Below are positions 1 through 64,000 of a stretch of 64,000 nt of DNA, piece by piece. The translations under genes and the position numbers were made by a program. The stretch comes from the human T2T-CHM13v2.0 reference genome, Homo sapiens. The DNA is taken from the NCBI RefSeq assembly GCF_009914755.1, contig NC_060944.1; one strand, written 5' to 3'. The notes beneath the pieces were generated by a model that was not told the origin of the DNA, searched no databases, and saw nothing but the letters and a program-made list of their open reading frames with translations. The number at the start of each line of letters is the position of its first letter. Positions within the stretch are counted from its first letter, which is position 1.

Positions 1-714
<714 letters not shown>

Positions 715-1220
715 TGAGATATAAATTATAAATAAGTATTATCACTCTAAGTCATTATGTAAATGTAAAGTGCCATGTCTATTATTTTATTAATTATTGT
801 AAATAATGTCTTAGAAATAAGGGGCAAAAAAAACAAAAGAAAAGCCCACTTAAACCTCATCACCAATTAATATTTGGTGTTATTTTACATGTGTACATAT
901 AAATACAGCTGTGCTCATCCTGAATAAACAAGTTCTACTTCCTGCTTTGTTAACTAACAGTAGTATTTTATGATTTTAAACGTCTCCCCACCATTGGTAA
1001 TAATAAATCAGAATTCTTTTCATTATTTCTCCTATAGTTAGAGAAGATAAGTGGCAATCATGAATTAAGATGTAGAGGATAAGAAATTCTATTTACCAAA
1101 ACTAACTACAGAAGTTCTGTTTTCATCATTTCTAATTCTAGATTTGTGCAACTCCAGGTGGTTTCCATGTGATTCTGGTAAGAATATTCTCTACTAATTA
1201 ATATTATTTTTATTTTTAAG

Positions 1221-44987
<43,767 letters not shown>

Positions 44988-45344
44988 AAAAAAAAGTCTA
45001 TTTTGGAGAATTGAAATAATTCATGGAAGGGAATCACTATTCCGGGATTTTTCCCCTTTGCTCTTCTTTTCCCTCCTTAAAAGAAAAATTACCTTCTAGT
45101 CCTAGGATGAGGACACACTATTAGTTTGAATTAAATGCTTTGATATTCTCAGATCAGCCATCTTGAACCAAAGCAAAACCACAAGTTACACTTTCTTAAA
45201 ATTTGATTTGTCATATTTTCTAGAGAAACTTGAATTTAATTGTGTTATTCTTAGCTTCCACTGGCAGCCTAGCTTTGAGGGTAAATGAAAATATAACCCA
45301 TAGATTACCCAGCCACTTGGGAACAGCAGGTAATACTGAAGAAA

Positions 45345-45350
45345 AATAAA
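45345..45350 (+). terminator. Candidate proximal polyadenylation signal AATAAA
   Basis: AATAAA ~360 nt after the stop codon. Confidence 0.45.
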
Positions 45351-45954
45351 AATAGATTTTGAAAACGTTACTTACATTTCTATGATTATGATTCTGCTTC
45401 CATTTAAGGGAAAACTTAGGTAAATAGAGAAATTTTTTCTATAACATTTGTAGTCAGTATTTGAAGTGATTTTTTAAAAAATAAGTATTGGTCCCTGTTC
45501 ACTTTTTGATTAGATAAATAGATAAAATATGTTATCTTGAGAAAAATGATTATGCTGAAAGCTTTATAAACAGTATACTCTTTAAAAAATGAAGAGCTGA
45601 CATAATTTAACTTGTATGTATTATGTAAGTAAAAGAGTTAGGAGCCTTTGAATGAGTAAGTTCTGATTAGATTTTATCTTTAAACAAAACCACAAAATTT
45701 AATTGGTTTTTACTTGTCCACTTACTGCTAGTGTCAGTTTCAGGGGAAGAAATGGTTTCTTTTAAAAATCTTAATAGGGGACATATGCCCTAAAAATAGT
45801 CAGTTTTCTAGTCTGAGTAATAGATAAGAGACTGACTAAGCAAAGTTTAAAATGCTATTTGGACACTTTAATGCACATATTGGATATCTAAAAGTCTACA
45901 GCCATATAAAAATTTTATATAATTAATGAGGAAATGCCGTCTCTCATGCCCTAA

Positions 45955-45960
45955 AATAAA
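45955..45960 (+). terminator. Candidate distal polyadenylation signal AATAAA
   Basis: AATAAA followed by a GT-containing stretch (catgtttgctggtg). Confidence 0.5.
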
Positions 45961-46399
45961 TCAGTAGAAACATGTTTGCTGGTGAATCAGTGAAGCATTA
46001 TGTTAAACAGTGAGTTACAGCTCAGAGTTAAAACTTTCTCCTTCTTTTTGAAGAAGCTGTGCAAATACTTCTTTTTAAGGAGATCTGGCCTTTTCCTACC
46101 TGGTTACCTCAGTCTTCCTCTGCTTTGGGAAGCTGAAAAAGAAGAAAAATCACATTTAAAGCACTGGAATGTCTGAATGGGACGCTTGAATGTGTAGAAC
46201 AGCTGTACTGATCCTAGCATGACTCAGAGGACAGTCTAGGGCATTTTCTGGGTAATTCAGGATAAAAGTATTTTTTTTTTAAGAAAAATACATGTTTTTG
46301 GACAACAAAACAAAGTAAACATTAGTTTATTCGATTGCCTCCTTATACTTGCCTCTTTCATTCTGTCCCCTGTAGATTTTTAAAAAATTATCTCATTTT

Positions 46400-53430
<7,031 letters not shown>

Positions 53431-54092
53431 AGAAACATATACTTCTGAGTCTGAATTGTTGGTAAGGGCAATAGGTGGTTATTAGACCTTCTAGATTTGC
53501 CTTACTACCATGAGTCAAATATAGCACACTGTCTGTTCTTATAAATAAAGCTTTGTTGGCACACAACCATGCTCATTTGTTTAGGTATTATCTATGGCTC
53601 CCTTTGTGTTCCAGCAGCAGAGCTGAGTAATTGCAACAGAGACCCCACAGCCCACAAAGCCTTCATATTTACTTTCTGGCTCTTCATAGAAAAAGTGTGC
53701 TTGACTCCTTCTCTGGGGAATTCTATTTGGAACCTCTACATCATATCAGACATCTTAAGATGTATTCATACCTTACATTAAAAATGAACACATTGCCATA
53801 CAAATTTTGAAAGGTTTTAAATAAATTTGCTTTTGACTATGGGTAACTTATTTAGCTTACTACTGGCTACAAAATGTCAGCAGTTTTGCTTATTTGTGAA
53901 TTCCTGCATTATGAGATGCTCTCTGACAAATTGTTTTCAATAGTAATAAAATATTCATGCAATACTCATGAACAACAAATTTAACAATTAATGAGGTAAC
54001 AAAATATCATGTTTTATAGATATTTAGTTAGACATTTATGAATTTTTAGTTTGCTGTCTTCTTTGTGTATTTTGAAGCCGATATCCTTATCT

Positions 54093-54094
<2 letters not shown>

Positions 54095-54180
<86 letters not shown>
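54095..54180. repeat. Compound (CA)n(TA)n microsatellite
   Basis: Directly visible. Confidence 0.96.
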
Positions 54181-56219
54181 CCTGACTATTTTCATAGGCC
54201 TTTCGGTCTTGGAATTATAGTGTCCAGTGAAGAAAATGGTCATGTTGGCATCTTTATGAAGTACCCCTGGCATAGGATATTTCAGCCTTTCCCTTTACAT
54301 GCAAGTCTATATTATATATTATCACCTTCCCCAACTGATGTCTGCAGGAGACATTCCTGGATGTCTGCTGGTCCTCCTCCCAAGTTCATTCTCAAGTCTA
54401 CCTACATGCTTAAAGAAAGCATCCATTAGAAATATCAGCACCAGGAGGTTTTGGTGAAAATTCCTAGCTTGTAATGGAATTCACATATACTCATGAATTA
54501 AACTAATTCTTGCTAACGGCAATGAATAAGGCAATAAACAGAAATAGTAAATATTTTCAGAGAAAATGTGATTTTATTATGAACATTAGCCTCCAAATTA
54601 CCCAGCAGTCCAAAGATAGCGGCAGTCTGAGAAGTTAAATATTTATTTTGCATTTCATCAATTTTGGTTTTTATGTGCAATAACAATCTGATTGGTTTTG
54701 TGGAGCTTTTCATCTAAGATGTTCATTGTGCTTACTTTTATGATTTACTAAACACAGCAGATACCTCAGTTGTTAAAACTTTCCTTTTCCCAAGTGAAAC
54801 ACTGACCGAGGAGACCTCATTGTATGTTTCTGTGAAGTAGGCATAGCAACGGTCCCCTCAAAGATGACCTGTGGCAGCCGTCAAGGATATCAAGACAGTG
54901 CCAAATAGAGGGCGTTTCTAAGATGGTTTCCTCTCATCAGAGAGTTTTTCTGTGTGGCAGAGACTGCAACCCTTGTCTAGTCATTGTCTTCTCTGAAATT
55001 TGTGTGTCAAAGGCCAAACAAATCTGCTATGAAGAAGGAGAAGGATAAAGAATTCTGGAGCCATGAAAACAGTCCTTTCACTGTTCCCAACACAAGCATT
55101 CTACTGCTGAAATTTTGTGCAAGTATGAGGCTGCAGAGACTGCTGATTGCCCTAAAACATGTTACCTCTTCTTCCCCAGTAAAAGAACCCTGATTCTTGC
55201 TGTGCACTTGCCAGGCAGAATGGCAGCAACATTTCCCATCCTCCACTTCAGCTAGGCATGGCTATGTGACTAAATTCTGGCCAATGGGAGGCAACTTCCA
55301 GGAAGTGTCCTTGAAGAGGGTGGAGATGTGTCTGTTTCCCTCTTCTTCTACTGGCTGGAATTAGAATGTGATGGCTGGAGGTGGGGCAGCCATTCTGGTC
55401 ACTGCCGTCAGAGCTGATACACAGTGTAGTGCAGGATAGAAGAGGCAGAGGTGCCTGTGCACCAGGGAGCCCTACTCCACTCCTGAACCACCTTCCTCTA
55501 GACTCAAAGTGAGGAAGAATTAAATGTGTCTTGTTTAAGCCATTGCTCTTTTGGATTTTCTGTCATTCATGGCCAGGTCTAATCTTAACTGATACAAAAT
55601 AGAGACCAAGAGAAGTGAGCTACAAGTAGCAGAACCGAAGCACGTGGCCTTGGCTTAATGGATGTGTTCAGGCGGCAGGGGCTCAAATATTGTGAGCTAG
55701 AGAGCCAGTGACCCTTGTTATACAGAAACAAAGCATTTGATAAAAACCACTGCCCATTGTTTTTTGAAAAGCAGCCCATGTCCTGAATAAGGACTGAGGC
55801 AGGAAATGGCAGGAGAAATTTATAATGTTAAAAAAAAAAAAGCATTAGCTGCTTATCACTGCTTTTAGCAATGTTCTACAAGAGAGAGCTGGACTTTGGC
55901 TACTGCTGGCCAGTACCTGAGCAAGAATGAAAGGAAACACAGTGTGCTAATGGAGGCACTCTACCTGCAGTCTGCAATTTAAGTTGACTGAGAGCTTGGT
56001 AATTTGGAGCCTTGCAGGGTTGAAAAAACAACTGCTGTGTTTCACAAACTATATCAGTCGTAGAAATGGTTTCTGCAAAGCAGCCTGCTTAGCAGAAAAT
56101 AAAACTAGTGCCCCATCCTGCCAATTTGGAACCTTGTGTCAAAAGTCATTTGAAGGGTTTTGTCTTCCCAGCTAAGCCCTTCCTTCCCATGGCTCCAGGT
56201 GGGTACCATTATGCTGACA

Positions 56220-56224
<5 letters not shown>

Positions 56225-56252
<28 letters not shown>
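56225..56252. repeat. (GA)n microsatellite
   Basis: Directly visible. Confidence 0.93.
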
Positions 56253-56258
<6 letters not shown>

Positions 56259-58442
56259 CAGCAGAGCATGGAGGCCCATAAGGAAAAACCAGAAGTTTCA
56301 GCATTAAAAACGTGTCTTCACAGAAGAGCTCACCGGAAACAAGTAGATCTGAAGTCTTTATGTTTTTGAAAAACTGTTTTACCAAAGAAACCAGCAGTTT
56401 GGTCTGTCTGCAAAAGCTTGTGATTGTTTAACCCCAAAGTGATTCCTCTGGGGGGTTGGAACAACCAACCTTCAAAGCAAGAAGCAAACTGTGAACGCTG
56501 TGTAGCCTCAGGAAGGGCATACCCTTTGCCCCCCACACTGGGTACAGCAGGGGAGATAATAGTAGGGAAGAGCCTCTGAGAACACAAGGCCATGGCCATG
56601 GCGGGTGATGCTACAGAAGGAGACTCCACTCTTCCTGCCCACTGGGATTTGCTCACGTGTGTAGATGATGATGGCTGTGTTTATCAGCCTCCAACTACCA
56701 AGTGATAGTTTTAGTCACAGCTCTTCTGTTCTTACTCATCTCCCTTATGTTGGATGTATTGAGAGCAAGTAACTTATTACTTAGTTTGTAGTTTGTCAAA
56801 CCATTAAAATCCTCATTCATATCTCAGAGAAAGGACTGTGCTTTACCCTGGGTTGCCAGATCTAGAGTCAGATGCAGTGATTGGATGGAATTTTGCAGAT
56901 GTATCTCTTGGGGGCAAGAGATGAGCATGTTCTGTGTATGGGAAGAAAGGCTCACACAGGTCTGTGGGTGGCCAAAGGAGTGGACTGTAGCAGAAACTAC
57001 TATCTCCCCACCCACTCCCATGATCTCTTCTTTCCTTATTCTTAAGAAATAAAACCCTGAATTTAGCCAGGGCTATGGCTTTCCCAAATGTACAATGCAT
57101 TTCTCAGACTTCCTTGACCTAGCTGTGACCAGGTGACTAAGTTCTGGCCAATGGGATTCATGTAGTGGCAGCAGAGGTGGTCGTGCAAGTTCTGAAGGGT
57201 CCTGCAGAGAGCAGGTGCGCCCTCCTCTGCCTCTCCTCCCTCTCCCTGCAGGCTGGCTGCCGACCTGAAGGGGGACTATCTGCAGAGCTTGGGAAGGGAG
57301 GCATCCACAGTGGAATCCTGTGTTGGAAGGAGCCAGAGTCCCTCACACTGGCAGGCCAAAAAGGCCTGGATCCCCAAACTTTTACAAAAGAGAAATAAAT
57401 GTAAGTCAGCAGTTGTGGGGGCACTGTGTTCTGTCATTCATCGTCGAACTTAATACTAAGTAGCCCCAGTAATGTGGCCTAAAAAACAAACCAATAAATA
57501 GAAAACCACTGATGCATAAACGTGTGCTATGCTTTAGAGTGATTGCCTCGATGAGTTAAATGCATTCAGTGAACAGATTTTTCCCATTATGTTTAAACAA
57601 GTATATGTACAATGAGTGAGTTTCCTCCTTACACCGTGCTACACTATTGCTTAACAGATTCCTAAAATTCTCTTCCAAAATGCCTGTCACTGCCCCATGG
57701 CATATCCTTTTAAATATCCCTTTCCACTGACCTCACAATGTCACAGTGTCCTTTTGAGCTTGGATTTGATTTTTGGAAACTGCCAGAAGTCCTCCAGGGC
57801 CTTCGGGGTAAGCAGGTGGGTGATCAGCCTCAGCGACACCCTTCTGGGCTGGGAGCAGGTGTGGTGAAGGGCAGATGAACTCGTTACCTGAGTCACAAGG
57901 CCATTCATTCCCACATGGGCCTGTAGAGGGTTTGAGCCCTTGGGCATACCTGTTTTAAATGTTTTTAAAAACTTCCTCTCTCAGCCCAACTGAGAGGAGT
58001 ATTAAGCAGTGGGGTAAGTGTGTACCTAGATCGCCAACCCTGGGCTGGCACTGCCAGTTTCCCCAGCACCTAGACTGCCAAGCACTGACTCCAGCTAACA
58101 CTGTCCTTTATCAAAACACCCTTAAACCAAGAGTCTGAAAATACAATAAAGGTGATTAGGAGCTGCTTGCCCCTGATCAAAATGAACCCGGCGTAGTGTT
58201 GAATGCTTTCAATCTACCGAAATGGACCTTATGTGCTGGACACTATTTCATTTATGTGGAATCTGTGGTGTTAGCTTTCTCAGAGCCCAGAGCCAGGCAC
58301 CAGGCCTCACTGGGATGCATGGCCCGAAAAAGGCTTCATTCTGACTTAGAATCTAGTAGGAGGTGAAGTCCCACAAAGTGACTGTTGCCTTAACCCGCTC
58401 TGGGAAGTCTGTGTTTGCTCTGGGGTTTATCGTTTGTTTCCC

Positions 58443-58654
58443 TATGGGGAGCAGAATGGTGAAGACATCCTCCCAAGATTCCTGAGGCCTTTCAACTCAT
58501 ACTCTAATCTGGCATTACTGTGAAGGAATTTGCAGAGGGGATTAAGGTGAATAACCAGCTGATTGTAAAATAGGGCATTGATCTTGCATCTTGTGTGTGG
58601 GCCCAGTGCAATTCTATGAGCCCACGAGAGTGGAGACAGCTCTCTGGCTGGAGT

Positions 58655-58690
<36 letters not shown>

Positions 58691-59110
58691 AGAGGAGGCA
58701 GAAGGGAGGTGAGGCAGAAGGGACTTCACAGAGACCGGAAGCAAGAAAAGCACTCACCCTGCCATTAGTGGCTTTGAAGGGGGCCACAAGCCAAGGAATG
58801 TGGATGGCCTCCAGGATCTGAGCATCCCCTCACCCCACTGGTGATTGCCAGCAAGGACACAAGAACCTCAGTCCCACAAACAAGGACCTGCATTTGGTCA
58901 AGAACCTGAGAGCGCTTGGGCATGCATTCTCCCCCAGAGCCTGTAGGAAGGAGTGCAGCCTGGCTGATGCCTTGACTTTGGCTCTGTGAAACTCAGGGCA
59001 GAGAACAAGCTGAACTGCACTGTGCCCACACTTCTGACCTACAGACCCTGTAGGGTAAATTTATGCTGCTTTTAAGCAGGGAATTTTCTGGTAATCTGTA
59101 TGACATCAAA
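58443..59110 (+). mobile_element. MLT1-family LTR with internal (GA)n
   Basis: ggggccacaagccaaggaatg...ccagcaagg...acctcagtcc...ttctgacctacaga. Confidence 0.75.
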
Positions 59111-61516
59111 CCTTAGCATGAATGTAAACTTCCACAGGGAAGCTTTGTCAAGGCATCTCCAGTGCCTGGAACAGTGTCTGGAACAGCATAAGTGCTCATT
59201 AAGTGCTCACTGAGTGAATGAGTGATATGGCGACTATTGGTATGCGGCTCCTGCAAGAAGGCTGGAGAAGACACGAGGGGCCACAGCAGCAAATGGAGCC
59301 AGGACAGCGTGTATGTGTGTGTGTTGAGGGGCATGCGGAGGGTAGGGGCAGTAGGTGGTCACTTAGCTCTCTGGGGACAGGGTTATGGTCTTGGGCAGAG
59401 GAGAAGTAGTGCTGATGTGATCACAAGACTCTGATTCTGTCCCCTCAGCCAGTAGGGGCCTCAAGGTCACTGCTTGTATATGGCTCAGGTGAAAAAGAAG
59501 GACAGTGGTGGGAGGGTGATGGTCATAGGGTCACATTTGAATCTCTGTTGTTTTTTTCCCTCGATATAGAAAAGTTGAAAGAATTGTACAATGAAGTCAT
59601 GTATACCTATCATCTAGATTCTGTAGTTAACATTTGCTATATTTGCTTTAACACACATCAATGCATCTTTCCATCCCTCTTTTTTCTTTTCTTCCTCTTC
59701 CTCCTCCTCTTCCTCTATATCCTCTTTCTTCTTCTTTCATCCTATTCTTCGATGTGTTTCAAAGTAAGTTGCAGACATCAGTATACTTTACCCCTAAATA
59801 CTTTGCCTAGGTAGTGTTGAGTTTGATACTTTTAAAGGTAAAATTTACAAATGAAATGCATAGGTCTTAACTTCACCATTCCATGAGTTTTGACGAACGC
59901 ACTCAACTGTGTAACCCACATCCCAGAGAGGTATAGACTATTGCTGGCCGACAGCAGGATCTGCAGTGATGAAAATGGTCGGTGCTGCCCAGCACAGCAG
60001 CCACCATGGGTGGTCCCTGAGTACTGGAAATGTGTCTACCAAGATGGAAGACCTGAATTTTTGATTTTATTTAATTTTAAATAATTTAAGTTTATATTCT
60101 ATGTGGGTGACCTGCTACCTTTTAAAATTGAAATTTTGGTTGGAATAATGATAGATTCACATGCATTTGTAACAGATAATACAAAGAGGTCTCATACCCT
60201 TCACTCGGTTTTCTCTCAGGGTAACATCTGACCAGACAACTGGACAGTATCACAACCAGGACACTGATATTGAAATGCTCCACCTACCTTACTCATGCTT
60301 CTTGGTTTCACCTGTGCTCTTCTGTGTATGCATTAAGTTCTGCACTGTTTTGCCACCTGGGTAGGTCTGTGTAATCATCACCACTGACTGATGCTGAACA
60401 AGGTGCTGAGCAGGGCAGCACCCCCAGGACCTCCAGGCTGCTCCAGTATAACCACACCTGTTCTCCTCTTCCCACTCACTCTTGCAACCACTGGTGACCA
60501 TCAGCTTTAAACATTTTTAAAATGTTTTCACTTATGTAATGTGATATAAATGGGATTATACAGTATGTAATCCTTTGAGATTGGGTTCTTTTGATCTGCC
60601 ACGTTTTTAAAAGCCTGTCTTCCCCACTGGGACTGCAGGCTCCTTGAGGGAAGGAACTGGTTGTGGCTGAATCCCCAGGGCCTGACATGTAGTAGGCACT
60701 CTATGTTTATTGATTTAGCGAGAGGCAATCCAAATAAAAAAGCATTTACGTGCCAGTCCCTGTGATGCAGAGGGGGCAGTGGAGGGAGAGAAAAGCTTGC
60801 AGAAGGAGATGATTCAAAACGCTGAGCAGGGAGTTCATAGGCAGGAGACATTCAGAGGGACACAGCATGGGCAACAGCTGGGAGGCAGGGCTGATCAGGA
60901 GGCTGCAGCCTGGCCTGTGAGGATAGCGTGTCTTAGGCTGACATGGCAAGTGAGGTTGTGGAGACATCTGAACCCTGGTACACTGCTGATTGGAATGTAA
61001 AATGGTACTGCTGCTGTGACAAATAATATGGATATTCCTTAAAGAATTAAAAATGGAACTACAGTAGGATTCAGCAATCCCATTTCTGAGGATATATTCA
61101 AAGAATAGAAATCCGGATCTCAAACAGGTATCTGCACTCTCACGTTCGCTGCAGCGTTATTCACGGTCCCCATGGTGTGGAAAAAACCTCAATGTCCACA
61201 GATAAATGAACAAGTAAAGAGACGCGATATAGACACACAAGGGGATGCTATTCAGCCTTCCAAAAAGAGGAAATCCTACTATTTGCAACAACATGGATAG
61301 GTCTGGAAGACATTCTATTAAGTGAAATAAGGGGGACACAGAGGGATGAGGATTGGAAGGTTTCACCGATGTGAGTGATCAAAAAGAGTCAGATGAAAAT
61401 GCAGAAGATAGAATGGTAGTTTCCAGGAGATGGGGTGGGGGAGATGGGGATCTGTTTGTCAACGGGTATAAAGTTACAGTTACATGAGAGGAATCAGTCC
61501 TAGAGGTCTGCTGCAC

Positions 61517-61747
61517 AACGTGGCACCTATAGTCAACAACGTAGCACCTATAGTCAACAACGTAGCATCTATAGTCAACAACATAGCACCTATAGTCAAC
61601 AATGTAGCACCTATAGTCAACAACGTAGCATCTATAGTCAACAACGTAGCACCTATAGTCAACAACGTAGCACCTATAGTCAACAACATAGCACCTATAG
61701 TCAACAACATAGCACCTATAGTCAACAACGTAGCATCTATAGTCAAC
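61517..61747. repeat. 21-bp minisatellite, 11 copies (AACGTAGCACCTATAGTCAAC)
   Basis: 11 contiguous units, each within one substitution of consensus. Confidence 0.97.
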
Positions 61748-61761
61748 AATGCACTTCAACA

Positions 61762-62140
61762 TTTTACTTTAAGTGCTAGGATACATGTGCAGAAGGTGCA
61801 GGTTTGTTACATAGGTATACATATGCCATGGTGGTTTGCTGTACCTATCAACCCGTCATCTAGGTTTTAAGCCCTGCATGCATTAGGTATTTGTCCTAAT
61901 GCCCTCCTTCCCCTTGCCTCCCACCCCCCAACAGGCCCCAGTGTGTGATGTTCCCCTCCCTGCGTCCATGTGTTCTCATTGCTCGACTCCCAGTTATGAG
62001 TGAGAACATGTGGTGTTTGGTTTTCTGTTCCTGCATTAGTTTGCTGAGAATGATGGCTTCCAGCTTCATCCACATCCCCGCAAAGGACATGAACTCATTC
62101 TTTTTTATGGCTGCATAGTATTCCACGGTGTATATGTGCA
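61762..62140 (-). mobile_element. L1PA 3' UTR fragment nested in the older L1
   Basis: tttactttaagtgctaggatacatgtgcagaaggtgcaggtttgttacataggtataca. Confidence 0.9.
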
Positions 62141-63213
62141 CATTTAAACATTTCTTAAGAGGGTAGGTCTCATGTCAAGTGTCCTTACCACCAAAAATAA
62201 ATAAATGAATAAATGAATAAATAAATAAATCATATATAAAAGCAAAGGAACACATGGTCACTGAGAGACAAGAGATTCAGTCTTCACTGAGGTTGAAAAA
62301 CAAGGAAGGGAGAAAGAAAGTGAACTGGGGATCCCTTCTGCCACCTTCCCCCACAACCCCTGGTTTTATTGAGGTATAACTGATATGTTAATATAAAAAA
62401 AGACATATATTGAATATCTACAATCTGATATGATAGTATACCATCACCAGAATCAAGTTTTGTGGAGCTCTGCTACCTTTTTGCTGGGTGACTTCCCCAG
62501 TCTGGGCCTGTGTCTATTTGAAAAATTGAGGATTCATTTTGACTGGAGGGTTTTCCACCTGAGTTCTCCAGAGCCTCAGCATTCCAGGACATCAGGGTGA
62601 TTTGAAGTCAATCACAGCAGAGAAACTTTGGTCTGTTGGTGTTTTAAGTATCTGGGTTTTTTTTTGTTTGCTTTTTTTTGTTTTGTTTTGTTTTTGTTTT
62701 TTTCAGTATCCCTTCACCTTCTTCTAGGAAAACATCTGGACTTCCTTTGGGTAGTTCCCCATCTCTTCATCCTCTGTTTCTGTAAGTTCCAGAGGCAGAT
62801 CCTGGAAGATTTTAACTAGCTAATGTAGCCCACCCCGTTGGCCACCACTATTAGTTCAGAGATGTGCATTTTACCCAAACTGAGCCAGTGAGAGTGGGGC
62901 CCAGGGTCTTTCCAACTCTTTGGATGGACTTTGAAGCTGAGAGGCTGTAAGTGCAGGGGCAGTTGCAGCAACCTTGAGAACATGAGGGGAAGAGGCAGAG
63001 TGGTTGGGGGCCACCAGATGTGGGAAGCATGGAAGTGAGCTGAGAGGGAGTGGAGTGGGTTCTAATGACATTGCTTAAGTCCTGCACCTAGTTAAGAAGC
63101 CATGACTCCCCTTGGACAATTACCTGCACCAGTGAATTCACTTTTGTGCTTGATTCAAGTTTTTGGAAACCAGCCCGGAGTGAAAACATTTCCTTCAAAA
63201 GTTTTTGTTTTTC

Positions 63214-63455
63214 AAAGTGAAAGCAAGTTTATTAAGAAGGTAAAGGAATAAAAGAATGGCTACTCCATAGACAAAGCAGCCTCGAGGGCTGCTGGTTGCA
63301 CATTTTTATGGTTATTTCTTGACGATATGCTAAACAAGGGGTGGGTTATTCATGCTTCCCCTTTTTAGGCCATGTAGGATAACTTCCTGATGTTGCCATG
63401 GCATTTGTAAACTGTCATGGTGCTGGCGGGAATGTAGCAGTGGGGATGAACTGGA
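63214..63455 (-). mobile_element. ERV1 LTR fragment (MER41A-like)
   Basis: gtgaaagcaagtttattaagaa...gaatggctactccataga...gttgccatggcatttgtaaactgtcatgg. Confidence 0.7.
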
Positions 63456-63510
63456 AGTCCAGCTTTCCAGGAGAACCTTCTAATGAGCACCTCTTACCTG
63501 CTTTGTGTAG

Positions 63511-63706
63511 TCTAAAGAGAGAAATCGCTTCAGCCTCAGCAGGGGCTGCATCATCCCCCAGGGAAGAGCCACAGCTGGGCGAGGATTGCCACAAGACATT
63601 TACAAGGAGATGATGCCACGGAGACTAACGCAGACTGGTAAACGGAAACACGGGGCTTTGGCTCGAACACCCTCTTTCAAGAAAGTTGTTTATGACCACA
63701 AGGAAG
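63511..63706 (+). CDS. CDH26: Candidate alternative downstream exon of CDH26 (SKERNRFSLSRG...VVYDHKE)
   Basis: cttacctgctttgtgtag|TCT, 65 open codons, AAG|gtttga; phase-0 start fits the exon 17 donor. Confidence 0.45.
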
Positions 63707-64000
63707 GTTTGAGTCTCTATATTTTTGCATGTACTAGATTTCTCCTTTTAAAAAAGATTCAGTTATGAATTCAGGCGTTCAAGTTAATCCTTGAGAATTA
63801 AATCAATTGAATTAATTATTTGTAAAAACATCCTCAGTTTCTTCAGATGAAAGGAGTATGATCTTCACAGAATTCTGCTTGTAATTCCCAGAGCAGTTGA
63901 TGTATTTTGTTGTATTTTGCTGATTGGCTTTGTGTGATGTGCAAAGTTCTTTACAGAGAGGCTGGGAGAGAGTTGGGGGGCCAAAGGTGAGAGGGCTGTG

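Larger units (their letters stand above)
60950..62230 (+). mobile_element. L1MB/MA-like 3' end, carrying a tandem expansion and a nested antisense L1
   Basis: ggaatgtaaaatggtac ... gggtataaagttacagtta ... ttaagagggtaggtctcatg, then AATA-type tail. Confidence 0.8.

Noticed and set aside
55240-57160. Shared gtgactaa(a/g)ttctggccaatggga motif at ~55266 and ~57133 as a local duplication
   Set aside because: Both lie in old ERVL/MaLR-type LTR relics carrying this motif; flanks are too diverged for a recent copy
61517-61747. CRISPR-like array
   Set aside because: Units are contiguous with no unique spacers, the context is a mammalian L1 and there are no cas genes
61379-61870. Stand-alone repetitive protein genes (VDYRCYV, LLTIGAT, NNVAPIV ORFs)
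   Set aside because: Frames are open only because the 21-bp unit lacks stops; no promoter or start context; considered only as a possible cryptic exon

Overview
Primate (very probably human) genomic DNA carrying almost all of the cadherin-26 gene (CDH26) on the + strand. I could splice 17 coding exons (1221..44987, all GT-AG, phases consistent) into one 809-codon ORF: short prodomain, RRSKRR|W furin site, five EC repeats, TM helix and a cytoplasmic tail ending in a catenin-binding-like segment. The signal-peptide exon lies upstream of the window; exon numbers assume it is exon 1. The rest is introns and downstream DNA rich in Alu, L1, LTR and DNA-transposon relics. There are no prokaryotic features and no evidence for a wholly new biological system. 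Best second-look items: an internal ATG mini-exon that would give a tail-only CDH26 isoform; a six-exon, in-frame alternative C-terminal chain running through an L1-derived 21-bp tandem repeat; two ~70-nt intronic hairpins; two short dispersed duplications; an AluYb8-type insertion beside exon 9; and a twin-primed L1. Repeat subfamily names come from recalled consensus sequences and need RepeatMasker/Dfam confirmation.
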